A stretch of 64,000 nucleotides of DNA from an uncultured bacterium (GTDB lineage: Bacteria > Omnitrophota > Omnitrophia > Omnitrophales > Abzuiibacteriaceae): contig CAYLXA010000010.1 in the NCBI GenBank assembly GCA_964387845.1, forward strand, positions 37,059 through 101,058. Direction: 5' to 3'. The position numbers and the translations under genes are program-made. Below the pieces are notes generated by a model. The model was not told the DNA's origin, did not search any database, and saw only the letters and a list, made by a program, of their open reading frames with translations. This document shows, piece after piece, positions 14,644-24,745 of this stretch (positions are counted from its first letter, which is position 1; each line of letters opens with the position of its first letter).

Positions 14644-15378
14644 TTAATATTTTACGGTCAGTAAAGTCAAGCCATGCGCAGGCGCTGTCGGGCCGATGTG
14701 GCGGCGGTCTTTAGCTTTCAAAATTTCTTCAAACTGTTTCACGCTCAATTTTCCGGTTCCGACCATGATGAGTGTACCGACAAAATTCCGGACCATATTG
14801 TATAGAAAGCCGTTTCCTTCCACGAGAAAACGGATCTCATAATCATGTTGAATGATGCTGAATTGCTTAATCGTGCGGACAGAATCGCGGCCGTCAGCTT
14901 TTGCCTGAAACGACCTGAAATCGTGTTTTCCGACAATTAATTTTGCGGCTTTTTTCATGGCCGTCACATCCAAAGGATGCGGAAAATGATAGTGTGTCAG
15001 GCGTTTTAAAGCAGAGCGGCTGGAGCGGTTCCAAATCAAATACTGATAAACTTTCGTTTTGGCTGAGAAGCGCGCCGAAAAACCGGCCGGCATTTCCTGG
15101 ACAAACTCAGCCGATAAATCCGGCGGCAAATACGTGTTGAGTGCGCGGTGAATATTGTAGACAGGAATTTCTGAATTGGTTTTAAAATTAACGACTTGGC
15201 CTTTGGCGTGAACGCCGGCATCCGTGCGTCCGCTGGCAGCCGAAATTTTCAGGGATTTCTTGAAAATTTGCTTCAAAGCTTTTTCGAGTTCGGATTGAAC
15301 CGTGCGCCGCCCGGGCTGTTTCTGAAAACCCGAAAATTTGGCGCCATCATACTCGAGGATAAGCTTGATGTTTCGCAT
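14644..15378 (-). CDS. truA: tRNA pseudouridine(38-40) synthase
   Basis: MRNIKLILEYDGAKFSGFQKQPG... matches the TruA N-terminal motif and length. Confidence 0.85.
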   Translation of the reverse strand: MRNIKLILEYDGAKFSGFQKQPGRRTVQSELEKALKQIFKKSLKISAASGRTDAGVHAKGQVVNFKTNSEIPVYNIHRALNTYLPPDLSAEFVQEMPAGFSARFSAKTKVYQYLIWNRSSRSALKRLTHYHFPHPLDVTAMKKAAKLIVGKHDFRSFQAKADGRDSVRTIKQFSIIQHDYEIRFLVEGNGFLYNMVRNFVGTLIMVGTGKLSVKQFEEILKAKDRRHIGPTAPAHGLTLLTVKY

Positions 15379-15430
15379 TTTTTGTGACTCGTGGTTCGCG
15401 AATCGTGAATCGATGCACGAATCACTAAGT

Positions 15431-16552
15431 TTATCGAATTAGGTATTCGGCGATTTGAACGGCATTGAGCGCGGCGCCTTTGCGGAGCTGATCACCCGCC
15501 ACAAACATCGCGAGGCCGTTTGGATTGGACATGTCCTCGCGAATCCGGCCGACCAAAACATCATCGCCGCCTGAAGCGTCAAAAGGCATCGGGAAGAGAT
15601 TTTTTTCACGGTCGTCAACCAGCTTCACGCCTTTTGCTCTTTTTAGAATTTCACGCGCTTCATCCGGCGACATTTTCTTGGAGAATTCGAGAACGATGGA
15701 TTCCGCATGCGCACGAAAAACCGGTACACGGATACAAGTCGGGCAAATTTGAATATCCGGAGCGTTCAAAATCTTCCGGGATTCTTCAACCACTTTATTT
15801 TCTTCTTCGTTGTAGCCGTTCGCAGCAACCTGTGTGTTGTGCGAAAAAAGATTAAACGCGATTTGATGCATGAATGCTTCACGCTTGAGCGCCTTTCCCT
15901 GCCGGACTTCTTTTGCGGCTGATTCGATATTTTCTAAAATATCCGAATTTTTCTGAGACTTTACGCGCTGCAAGAACTCCTCGGTCTGCGTAAAAAGTTC
16001 GCGCATCGCATTTCCGCCCGCGCCGCTCGTGGATTGATAAGTCGACACCAAAATGCGCTTCACGGGATTTGCTTTGTGAAGCGGCGCTACGGCCATCAAC
16101 ATAATGATCGCTGAGCAATTGGGATTTGCGATGATTTGGCTTTTATATTTCTCAATATCGGAGCCGTTAATTTCGGGAACCACGAGCGGGATCTTGGGAT
16201 CCATGCGGAAAGCACTCGTATTGTCCACAATCATACAGCCGGCTTTAATCGCATGAGGCGAAAATTGTTTGCTGACAGTTTTTCCGGGACTTGAAAGGAT
16301 GATATCAATGCCTTCGTAACCTTTTGAATCCATCGGCAGTTCTTCGGCGGCGACTTTTTTGCCGTTAAAGTCGAGAGACACGCCTTTCGATTTGGAAGAA
16401 CCGAAAATCCGCAAGTTATCGACCGGAAATTTGCGCTCTTCAAGAATGTGGCGAAGTTCCGAACCCACCGCGCCACGCGCACCGACAATGGCGACATTGT
16501 ATTTTGATTTTTTCTTTAACATGATTTTAGAGCTCCAAGCTACAAGCTGCAT
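15431..16552 (-). CDS. asd: aspartate-semialdehyde dehydrogenase
   Basis: NAD(P)-binding VAIVGARGAVG; active-site Cys context NCSAIIMLMAVAPL; STYQSTSGAG motif. Confidence 0.85.
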   Translation of the reverse strand: MQLVAWSSKIMLKKKSKYNVAIVGARGAVGSELRHILEERKFPVDNLRIFGSSKSKGVSLDFNGKKVAAEELPMDSKGYEGIDIILSSPGKTVSKQFSPHAIKAGCMIVDNTSAFRMDPKIPLVVPEINGSDIEKYKSQIIANPNCSAIIMLMAVAPLHKANPVKRILVSTYQSTSGAGGNAMRELFTQTEEFLQRVKSQKNSDILENIESAAKEVRQGKALKREAFMHQIAFNLFSHNTQVAANGYNEEENKVVEESRKILNAPDIQICPTCIRVPVFRAHAESIVLEFSKKMSPDEAREILKRAKGVKLVDDREKNLFPMPFDASGGDDVLVGRIREDMSNPNGLAMFVAGDQLRKGAALNAVQIAEYLIR

Positions 16553-16609
16553 GCTACAAGCTGTACAATCTTCAAAAACTTGAAGCCTGAAGCTTGTAGC
16601 CTGTGGCGA
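16553..16609. repeat. intergenic imperfect palindrome (REP-like) between leuB stop and asd start, sharing a core with the 48075-48150 element
   Basis: caagctacaagctgcatgctacaagctg ... cttcaaaaacttgaag ... cagcttgtagcc inverted arms. Confidence 0.5.
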
Positions 16610-17683
16610 TTATTTTGTTATTCGTTCACAAACCAATTTTCCCATTTCCTGACAACCAACCAGTTTCATTCCTTCACTAAAAATATCTGCGGTGCGGTAA
16701 CCGTCGTCTAAAACTTTCTTCACAGCCGCTTCAACGTGAAGTGCCAAATCATTCAAGTCAAATGAATATCGGAGCATCATCGCGCACGACAAAATCGTCG
16801 CGAGCGGATTGGCTTTGTCTTTACCGGCAATATCCGGCGCAGAGCCATGAACCGGCTCATAAAGCGCGTGATGATCACCGATGCTGGCTGACGCGAGCAT
16901 GCCGATTGAGCCGGTGAGCATGGATGCTTCGTCGCTCAAAATATCGCCGAAGAGATTCGTGGTCACGATCACGTCGAATTGTTTGGGATCGCGGACAAGC
17001 TGCATCGCGCAATTGTCCACATACATGTGTGACAACTGGACATCCGGAAACCGTTTTCCGAGCTGCATGACGACTTTGCGCCAAAGTGCGCTTGATTCTA
17101 AAACGTTTGCTTTGTCGACGGAACAAACTTTGCGTTTGCGTTTGCGCGCAAGCTGAAATGCTCTTTGCGCAATCCGTTCAATCTCCGAAGTGGAATATAC
17201 TTCGGTATTGAATCCTTTTTCCGAACCGTCTGAATTTTTCTCGATTCCTTTCGGCTTTCCAAAATAAATGCCGCCTGTGAGTTCGCGCACAACCATGATA
17301 TCGGTTCCGCGCACCACATCCGGCTTCAAAGTAGAAGCAGAAATCAGGCTGTCGTAAATCATCGCCGGGCGGAGATTGGCGTAAAGCCCGAGTCCGCTGC
17401 GGATACCGAGAAGGCCCGCTTCGGGCTTTTTATCGTGTTCCAAATTTTCCCATTTAGGGCCGCCGACCGCACCGAGCAAAACGGCGTCTAAATCTTTCGC
17501 CACTTTTAAAGTTTCATCCGGCAAAGGAATTCCAAACTGATCGATCGCAACACCGCCGATCAAAGCTTCCTTGAATTCGAAGTTCAGGTGAAACGTTGAA
17601 GCCACATGCTTCAAAATTTTCACGCCAACTTGTACGACTTCTGGCCCGATTCCATCGCCCGGGAGAGCAAGCACTTTATACAT
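16610..17683 (-). CDS. leuB: 3-isopropylmalate dehydrogenase (isocitrate/isopropylmalate dehydrogenase family)
   Basis: [17 protein letters not shown]-terminus; [25 protein letters not shown] signature. Confidence 0.8.
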   Translation of the reverse strand: MYKVLALPGDGIGPEVVQVGVKILKHVASTFHLNFEFKEALIGGVAIDQFGIPLPDETLKVAKDLDAVLLGAVGGPKWENLEHDKKPEAGLLGIRSGLGLYANLRPAMIYDSLISASTLKPDVVRGTDIMVVRELTGGIYFGKPKGIEKNSDGSEKGFNTEVYSTSEIERIAQRAFQLARKRKRKVCSVDKANVLESSALWRKVVMQLGKRFPDVQLSHMYVDNCAMQLVRDPKQFDVIVTTNLFGDILSDEASMLTGSIGMLASASIGDHHALYEPVHGSAPDIAGKDKANPLATILSCAMMLRYSFDLNDLALHVEAAVKKVLDDGYRTADIFSEGMKLVGCQEMGKLVCERITK

Positions 17684-17694
17684 AGGGGTAAGGA

Positions 17695-18063
17695 TTAAGG
17701 GGTAAGGGATAAGCTTTTGCGAAGTCCGGAAAGCATTCTTCCGATTTCGTTACAGTAGTTAATAAGCATTTCATAATGTTCATGATCAACATAATTTAAA
17801 TCCCTGCTTAAAAGTAATAAATATTTGGTTTCTTCAAGTGAAGAATTCGACAAATTCAGAAAATGCAAATAATCTTTTGTACTTTTTCGTTTTTGTCCTT
17901 CTACAATGTTTGTGGCAATCGAAACTGTGCTTCTTCGTATTTGAGAAATAATTCCAAATTTTTCATCATTTGGAAAACGTTTCGTTAACTTATAAATTTC
18001 TAAAATTAAAGTGTGAGATTTTTGCCAAACTTTTAAATCTTGAAATGTTTCTATCCTATACAT
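17695..18063 (-). CDS. four-helix-bundle protein (TIGR02436-like)
   Basis: 122 aa; [30 protein letters not shown] typical of this family. Confidence 0.7.
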   Translation of the reverse strand: MYRIETFQDLKVWQKSHTLILEIYKLTKRFPNDEKFGIISQIRRSTVSIATNIVEGQKRKSTKDYLHFLNLSNSSLEETKYLLLLSRDLNYVDHEHYEMLINYCNEIGRMLSGLRKSLSLTP

Positions 18064-18111
18064 ACACCCTCCATGAATTTTATTTGTTATTCGTGGAGGG
18101 AAATTGTTTTA

Positions 18112-18909
18112 CTACTTAATCCTTACCCCTGAATCCTTAATCCTTAATCCTTCTTGTGGGCTCGAGGCAACCGCGTAATCCTTAATAGGAATGCGGCCCG
18201 CCCAATAAGCCTTGCGGCCCGCAGAAACAGCTTCCTTCATGGCTTCTGCCATCAAAACCGGATTATCCGCGCAAGCGATTGCGGTATTCATCAAAACGCC
18301 GTCGGCGCCGAGCTCCATACAAACAGCCGCATCCGATGCGGTACCAACACCGGCATCCACGATGACCGGAACCGACACAGCTTCTTTAATAAATTGAATG
18401 TTCAGGCGATTTTGGATTCCGCGGCCCGAACCAATCGGTGCCGCAAGAGGCATGACACACGCAGCGCCGGCTTCTTCCAATTTTTTCGCCACAACCAAAT
18501 CATCCGTTGTGTAAGGCATCACCGTAAAACCCTCCTGAACTAAAATTTTTGTCGCTTCCAGAAGTGAAACCACGTCCGGCAAAAGTGTTTTTTTATCGCC
18601 AATCACTTCGAGTTTAACCAAATCACCAAACCCTGCAGCGCGCGCAAGCCGTGCGATCCTCAGAGCATCTTCTGTGTTATAAGCACCCGCCGTGTTCGGC
18701 AGGATTAAATATTTGCCCCGATCAATATAGTCTAAAAACGATTTTTCGGCTTTGTTGCCAAGCGGAACGCGACCGATCGCGACCGTCACCATATCGCAGC
18801 CGGATGCTTCAAGCGATTGCGTCATATCATCAAACGTGCGGTACTTGCCGCTGCCCGTGATGAGCCGTGATTTCAAAGTATATTTTCCGATTTTCAATTC
18901 ATCGTTCAT
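18112..18909 (-). CDS. thiG: thiazole synthase
   Basis: 265 aa; [11 protein letters not shown] ... [14 protein letters not shown] ... [14 protein letters not shown] motifs. Confidence 0.85.
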   Translation of the reverse strand: MNDELKIGKYTLKSRLITGSGKYRTFDDMTQSLEASGCDMVTVAIGRVPLGNKAEKSFLDYIDRGKYLILPNTAGAYNTEDALRIARLARAAGFGDLVKLEVIGDKKTLLPDVVSLLEATKILVQEGFTVMPYTTDDLVVAKKLEEAGAACVMPLAAPIGSGRGIQNRLNIQFIKEAVSVPVIVDAGVGTASDAAVCMELGADGVLMNTAIACADNPVLMAEAMKEAVSAGRKAYWAGRIPIKDYAVASSPQEGLRIKDSGVRIK

Positions 18910-20366
18910 TTCACACCAATCGATTTCCGTTCCACTTTTTGATAAAGATCAACATACTTTTGTGCGCTGGTATGCCACGAAAAATCCTCTTTCAAGCCGT
19001 TTGCCATTAAAACCGACCACTGTTTTTGATCTTTGTAAAGTCTCGCCGCGCGGTGCATGGTCTGCAACAAAGCGTCCGGCGTGTAATCTGAAAATGAAAA
19101 GCCGTTTCCCTGCCCAGTTTTCGGGTCAAACTCAGAGACCGTATCCGCAAGCCCGCCGACTTCGCGCACAAGAGGCACAGTTCCGTATCGAAATGAAATC
19201 ATTTGCCCGAGCCCGCACGGTTCAAACCTGGACGGCAATAAAAATACATCGCAGCCGGCATAAATCCGCTTTGAAAGCGCAACATCAAAAGTAATATTGG
19301 ATCGTATTGAGCCGGCATAGCGCTCTGAAACGCGGCGAAGACGCTCCTGATAAGTCTCATCACCCGAACCAAGCAAAATAAGCTGCCAGCCTTCGCGCGC
19401 AATTTCTTCCAGAATCGGCTCCAAAAGATCGACGCCCTTTTGATCCGTCAGCCGGCCCACAAATCCAAAAAGAGGCGCTTTTGAATCCTGTGCCAATCCG
19501 CTTTCTTTTTGGAGCGCGGTTTTGCAAGCTGACTTTTTCGCAATTGATTTCGCATCAAAATTTTGCGCGATTTCCGGATCGTGCGCAGGGTCCCAGTCCG
19601 ACAAATTGATGCCATTCAGGATCCCGTACAAATCATTTTTCCGTTCCGCCAAAACGCCTTCCATGCCGCAGCCGAATTCTTTTGTCTGAATTTCCTGGGC
19701 ATAGCGTTCGCTGACGGTCGTCAAAACATCCGAATAAACGAGTCCGCCTTTCATAAAGCTAAGCTTTCCGTAAAATTCCAAACGGTCGTGCCGGAATTCA
19801 TCCCACGAAATCCCGGTAGTTGAAATCGAGTCCGGCGGAAAATTTCCCTGATACGCTAGATTGTGAATCGTAAAAACAGTTTTTGTGTTCGAGAAAAAGG
19901 GGTCTGCGCGGTACAGCGTTTTCAAAAACACCGGAACCAAACCGCTTTGCCAGTCGTTGCAATGAATAATGTCCGGCCGGATTTTCAACTTTTTCATGGC
20001 CTCGAGCGACGCGCGCTCGAAAAACGCAAAACGTTTGTCGTTGTCCGGATAATCACCTTTGGGCGTCCCGTAAAGACCATCCCTATCAAAAAACGAAGGC
20101 TCATCAATCAAAAATACGTTGATTTGATCGAAGCGGGCCGAAAACACGCGGCCGGTTTCAACATCCGAACCCAGCGGAATGTGCAAAGGCTCATAAACTA
20201 ATTTGAAGGGATGTTTCTGCTCCGAAATAATTTTATACTTGGGCAAAAAAACCGATACCGAGTGGCCGAGCTTTGCAATTTCGTGCGGTAAAGTTCCACC
20301 GATATCGCCTAACCCGCCCGTTTTGGCGAACGGCGTCATTTCTGAAACAACAAAGACAATTTCCAC
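18906..20366 (-). CDS. glgA: glycogen synthase (ADP-glucose type)
   Basis: [19 protein letters not shown] (KTGGL motif); 486 aa. Confidence 0.85.
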   Translation of the reverse strand: MEIVFVVSEMTPFAKTGGLGDIGGTLPHEIAKLGHSVSVFLPKYKIISEQKHPFKLVYEPLHIPLGSDVETGRVFSARFDQINVFLIDEPSFFDRDGLYGTPKGDYPDNDKRFAFFERASLEAMKKLKIRPDIIHCNDWQSGLVPVFLKTLYRADPFFSNTKTVFTIHNLAYQGNFPPDSISTTGISWDEFRHDRLEFYGKLSFMKGGLVYSDVLTTVSERYAQEIQTKEFGCGMEGVLAERKNDLYGILNGINLSDWDPAHDPEIAQNFDAKSIAKKSACKTALQKESGLAQDSKAPLFGFVGRLTDQKGVDLLEPILEEIAREGWQLILLGSGDETYQERLRRVSERYAGSIRSNITFDVALSKRIYAGCDVFLLPSRFEPCGLGQMISFRYGTVPLVREVGGLADTVSEFDPKTGQGNGFSFSDYTPDALLQTMHRAARLYKDQKQWSVLMANGLKEDFSWHTSAQKYVDLYQKVERKSIGVK

Positions 20367-20461
20367 AGTTTTTCCTAATAACGATTGATGATAATGGGTT
20401 AACCGGTTAGTTCTTTAAAACGATGCGGTGAAGTTTCCAAAGCGGCTATATCAAACGCAAC

Positions 20462-20776
20462 TTATCGAACCTCGATAACGCAATTCCATGTACCAAAGTT
20501 GTTCGGAACAAATTCGGTCGATTTCGGATCGTTTTCCCAATTGCCGTCTACCAAGAACCGGTATTCATAACGGCCCGGTTTCAAATTTAAAACCAGTTTC
20601 CAATGCCCGTCGGCACCCCTCTTCAATTTGGCTTTCGACGAATCCCAATTGTTAAATTCGCCTGCAATACAAACTTCGCCGGCAAACGGCGCATAAAATT
20701 CAAAGCTGACGGATTTTCCTAAGCTTTTATCATTCGATGAGTTACGACTATTTTTAACAGCAGTCCGGGTTGCCAT
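20462..20776 (-). CDS. CBM48 / isoamylase N-terminal-type glycogen-binding domain protein
   Basis: 104 aa; FEFYAPFAGEVCIAGEFNNWD...GHWKL...YRFLVDGNWEND pattern. Confidence 0.6.
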   Translation of the reverse strand: MATRTAVKNSRNSSNDKSLGKSVSFEFYAPFAGEVCIAGEFNNWDSSKAKLKRGADGHWKLVLNLKPGRYEYRFLVDGNWENDPKSTEFVPNNFGTWNCVIEVR

Positions 20777-20871
20777 AGGTACCTCCTGGTTTCAACAAAA
20801 GTTGAAGGCAGTATAGGACAATTTTTTGGAAGGTTCAAGGGCTATGAAGCAGCGGCGAATTTAAGAATAAA

Positions 20872-21768
20872 TCAGCGTTTTTCGACTTGTCCAATAAAGG
20901 ATTTGAGATTTTCTTTGAAGGCGAGGTCAGACTCTACCGACTCCAGGCGCCTTAATTCGGATAAAAAATGAATAGCGGCATCCCCGGCTAAATTCAAGCC
21001 TTGAAGCGCTGTTTGGCGGAGCGCGATTGTATTTCTAGAGTCTTGGACTATTTTGATTAAATCCTGCGGATAATCGGGGATGCGGAGATAAACGCCTTTC
21101 ATGACCATAAATCTCCTGAAATCGGAATTTTCAGACTGATTTAAAATCACGCTTTGATAAAGCTTGTGAATTTCTTCCGTTGCAACCCTGGTTTCTAAAT
21201 AACCAATACATGCTCTCCGCATTACTATGGATTCATTTTTATTGGCCAGGATTTTGCGCGCTAAATTGAGCACCTCGTCTTTCAGATCCTCGGCAAATCC
21301 GATCCGCTCAAGACAAGCAAGGCGAAGTTCGTCGGGTTCCGAAGAATTCTGGATGATCCGGAATATGGAAAATGTAATTTCTTCAGGATTTGCTTTCCAT
21401 AAAATCGAAAGCGCGGATTTCCTGAATGCAATATCTCCGGAACCTTCCAAAGAATCCCGGAGCGACGTTAACATTTTTTTATCAGCACTCGCCAGAATTT
21501 TTTCTTCCAGGTATGCGCGGAATAGCTTGGCTTCGTCGGTTGCTTTATCGATCTTTAGAGCTTCAAGGACAGCAGCCCGTCGCTCATCGGTCAAATCCGC
21601 CAATAATTCATCAATAACGGTTTTGCGCTTTTCAAGCAATGCATCGTTGTTGTGGAGAATATACAGAAGCTGCTCTTCGGACATCTCTTCTTTGGCATGA
21701 GCAGAATGATTGAATGGCAGAATGCCGACCGCGCCGATAACCAAAAACAGCAATAAGATTCTTTTCAT
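20872..21768 (-). CDS. secreted HEAT-repeat protein
   Basis: Signal peptide followed by repeated helical Leu/Ala-rich units. Confidence 0.5.
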   Translation of the reverse strand: MKRILLLFLVIGAVGILPFNHSAHAKEEMSEEQLLYILHNNDALLEKRKTVIDELLADLTDERRAAVLEALKIDKATDEAKLFRAYLEEKILASADKKMLTSLRDSLEGSGDIAFRKSALSILWKANPEEITFSIFRIIQNSSEPDELRLACLERIGFAEDLKDEVLNLARKILANKNESIVMRRACIGYLETRVATEEIHKLYQSVILNQSENSDFRRFMVMKGVYLRIPDYPQDLIKIVQDSRNTIALRQTALQGLNLAGDAAIHFLSELRRLESVESDLAFKENLKSFIGQVEKR

Positions 21769-22880
21769 TATCCGAGACGGCCTGCTGTATTTTTATTATC
21801 GATCCAATTTTTAACCGTAACAGTTTGCAAACCGCCACCGCCGCCTATCGCAGGAAGATTCCTTAAAATATCCGGAGAATACCGGATTTTGGTAAATTCA
21901 CTTTCGGTCGGTGTAAAGTCAATGCCGCCGATGATCCAACCGGTATTGGTATCAACGCTCACCAACCCGCCGGTTACGGAAGATGCTTTTTGAAAAATGC
22001 AGTTGTTGCAAATCACCAGGCCTTTAAAATGCCCCGCCAGATGAACCCATGAATCATGGCTGGTATTATCGACGATTAAAATTCCTGTTCCCGGGTTTGC
22101 ACTGGTTCCCAAATCAATGCTCGCAACCGGAAAAAGAACGTTGCCGGACGACGTTGGCGTGTAATAGTAAATTTGATTATTTAAAACACTGGAAGGCGCA
22201 GACGTTGATTTGTAGCTGTTTAGAGCCGTGGAATCGCTTGGGAGGCCCATCACGGCATTCACCGATTGCGTGTCGGCCAAGTCTTGCCCTGTCAACAGCA
22301 ACTTCGCTGCGGGATTTACCGGCTGGCTCGGGGCAATTCCGTTACCGCCTACTTTCGGTAGCACAAGCCCGTCAAAAGAAGGATCTGAGCCATAAGCCAT
22401 TCCGTATGTTCCCGGATTTCCGGTTAAACTTCCGGATGTATTATGTTCACGGCCATCGGAAAGAAGACCTGCCAAAAGCATTAATTGGCTTGCACCGGTC
22501 ATGCTGGCCTTGACTCCGGGAGGCAGCGATTGTCCGATATTAACCACCGCTGTCGTGGTTCGTGTCGTGCCGCCATAAGTGCCGGTCGCCGTAATCTTCT
22601 TGGTGCTGGCGTCATACAACGCAGAATAAGTACCATTGCCGAGAGATGTGGAAGAAATGGCGGCGGTATTATTTAATTTCAGCTCCGCAATTTTCCTGTC
22701 AAGCGCTGCCTCTGCCAAATAAAACGCCTGAAGCTCGGAAACAGACGTCAGTGAATTTCTGGCCTCAACACTCGTTGCCGCATAGGAACTGCTAATAAGA
22801 ACAGCCAACCCGAAAATAATAAAACAAACCCAAAGCAAGGCCATTCCTTTCTCGTTAGTTTGATTAATAAGTCGTTTCAT
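21768..22880 (-). CDS. putative pilus-associated secreted protein (PilX-like N-terminal hydrophobic segment)
   Basis: N-terminus KGMALLWVCFIIFGLAVL; sits directly downstream of two prepilin genes; Gly/Thr/Ser-rich. Confidence 0.4.
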   Translation of the reverse strand: MKRLINQTNEKGMALLWVCFIIFGLAVLISSSYAATSVEARNSLTSVSELQAFYLAEAALDRKIAELKLNNTAAISSTSLGNGTYSALYDASTKKITATGTYGGTTRTTTAVVNIGQSLPPGVKASMTGASQLMLLAGLLSDGREHNTSGSLTGNPGTYGMAYGSDPSFDGLVLPKVGGNGIAPSQPVNPAAKLLLTGQDLADTQSVNAVMGLPSDSTALNSYKSTSAPSSVLNNQIYYYTPTSSGNVLFPVASIDLGTSANPGTGILIVDNTSHDSWVHLAGHFKGLVICNNCIFQKASSVTGGLVSVDTNTGWIIGGIDFTPTESEFTKIRYSPDILRNLPAIGGGGGLQTVTVKNWIDNKNTAGRLG

Positions 22881-22905
22881 GTTTTTAATCCTTTCTCCTC
22901 ACAAT

Positions 22906-23466
22906 TTATTTATTTCTCAATGAAATTCGAGATGATAAAGACTGAGTGCTCGTCGCCACAGTAACTAAAACATAAGCTGCGTTTGTTTGCGAAAATGAAG
23001 CCGACGTGATCGACCTTCCGATCACCGCCGAAGTCACAGGACTCATCACGCTCGGAATTTGATAGCGCGTAATGGTTTGTGCAACCGAATCGTAAATGTA
23101 TTTGATTGTCTTATAGGTGGTTGACGTACCCACGGTTGATTCCGGAACCTTGAATGATAGAGTCGGCGGAGATACAAGAATGCAGACACCGTTCTGAGGA
23201 TTGTCTACATTGCTGCAGCCGTCGATTCCCTGCCGGGCTTCCCTTAAATCGCGTTTCACAAACGCGAGCGCGGTGCGAAGATGGTTGCGTTCCACGATAT
23301 TGGCATTGCTTTGATCAAAAAGGGTTTGCGTCGATTGTATGGAATTAAAAACAAAAATAGTCGTAATCATCAAAAGAGACATCGTAAAAATCATTTCCAA
23401 AATCGAAAATCCCTTTTGTGATCCGATCCAATTTTTATGAATGTTTTGATTTTTCATTCTTTCCAT
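22906..23466 (-). CDS. prepilin-type N-terminal cleavage/methylation domain protein (minor pilin/pseudopilin)
   Basis: KGFSILEMIFTMSLLMITTIF: G-F-S-I-L-E class III signal. Confidence 0.7.
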   Translation of the reverse strand: MERMKNQNIHKNWIGSQKGFSILEMIFTMSLLMITTIFVFNSIQSTQTLFDQSNANIVERNHLRTALAFVKRDLREARQGIDGCSNVDNPQNGVCILVSPPTLSFKVPESTVGTSTTYKTIKYIYDSVAQTITRYQIPSVMSPVTSAVIGRSITSASFSQTNAAYVLVTVATSTQSLSSRISLRNK

Positions 23467-23468
23467 TC

Positions 23469-23885
23469 TTATGCCCGCTGCGTCACCAGACTATAAAGCC
23501 TGAAAGTCCGCGCCGCACCTTTCTCACTCCAATTGATAGTCACTAAAACTTGTAAAGGATCCGTGCCGGTTCCGGCCGGAAATGTCACGCTGACGGATTG
23601 GCTTGGAAGTCCCGAAAACGTTTGCCCGGAAACCCAACTGGTCCAATACGTTGAATCGCTTGCCGAATTACTTCCGGTCAAGCCGTTTGCATTTGCAATG
23701 CGCCGAACTTCTTCCATCGTTCTTTCGGCATCATTAGCAGCCGTAATTTTATTCTGCGCGAACGAGCTTAAACTTGCTGCATACTGAAAGCTGGCGCCGA
23801 CAGCGGCAATTACAACCGTAATCAAAGTAATAGCGAGTAAAATTTCAACAACCGTAAAACCAGATTTTTGATTGCGGTAATTCAT
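23469..23885 (-). CDS. prepilin-type N-terminal cleavage/methylation domain protein (pilin/pseudopilin)
   Basis: SGFTVVEILLAITLITVVIAAV: G-F-T-V-V-E motif. Confidence 0.75.
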   Translation of the reverse strand: MNYRNQKSGFTVVEILLAITLITVVIAAVGASFQYAASLSSFAQNKITAANDAERTMEEVRRIANANGLTGSNSASDSTYWTSWVSGQTFSGLPSQSVSVTFPAGTGTDPLQVLVTINWSEKGAARTFRLYSLVTQRA

Positions 23886-24133
23886 GGCCTTTAAAGTTAC
23901 GGCTCCTTTCTTAAAATTTTAAATATGCTGAAAATAACTCAAAACACATCTTCTAAATTCAACCTCTATAATTAAATTTTCCTATGCTGATTTTAGGTTT
24001 ACAAGGGGCCAAAATAACCTAAAAAACTATCTTAAAAGCTTTAAAAAGTAGCCCATCCTTTCAGGTAAAGTTTATTGCATTTAAGGATAAAAACTTGTAC
24101 ACTGGGTTCGCTTCTTTAATCAGGAGGTTGGGC

Positions 24134-24712
24134 GTGCTTGAGATGGTTCTGGAAGAAAATTATCCGAAGACAATGACCACTAAAGACGGGAAATCCATTA
24201 CCGTCAGACCGGTTACTCAAGAAGACGAGCAAGCCCTCATCACGTTTTTCAGTGAGTTCCCCGCTGAAGAAGTTGCTTACCTCATTCATGATGTCAGAAA
24301 CCCCAAAGTCATCCGCCAGTGGCTAAAGAGTCTCGATTACGAACGGGCCCTTCCGCTTGTCGCAATTTATGAAGGAAAAATTATTGGGGATGCGGTGCTC
24401 AATCAAGACGCCCGGGGATGGCAAACGCATGTCGGCCATGTGGCAACTTTTACTCATCCCAATTACCGCGGCATCGGCCTCGCCAGGCTGCTTGTAGGAG
24501 AAATCATCGAAATCGGCATGCATTGCGGATTGGTCAAACTGGATGCAGAGTTTATGGGAGAGCAAGGAAAACCGATGTCTGCATTTCAAGAAATGGGTTT
24601 CGTGCCGACCGCAACTTTGCCGGGGCATGTTCAGGATATCAAGGGCAATTTTCACGACCTTGTGATCCTGGTTTACGATTTGCGTTCCGAAGAACGTTAC
24701 GCTGCTGATTAA
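24134..24712 (+). CDS. GNAT-family N-acetyltransferase
   Basis: Track ORF 24095..24712 trimmed to GTG 24134, which lies 6 nt after AGGAGG (24122-24127); acetyl-CoA binding-like RGIGLARLL. Confidence 0.6.
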   Translation: MLEMVLEENYPKTMTTKDGKSITVRPVTQEDEQALITFFSEFPAEEVAYLIHDVRNPKVIRQWLKSLDYERALPLVAIYEGKIIGDAVLNQDARGWQTHVGHVATFTHPNYRGIGLARLLVGEIIEIGMHCGLVKLDAEFMGEQGKPMSAFQEMGFVPTATLPGHVQDIKGNFHDLVILVYDLRSEERYAAD

Positions 24713-24745
24713 TTTTTAAAAGGGGTTCTTCTCTCAGATTTTGCC

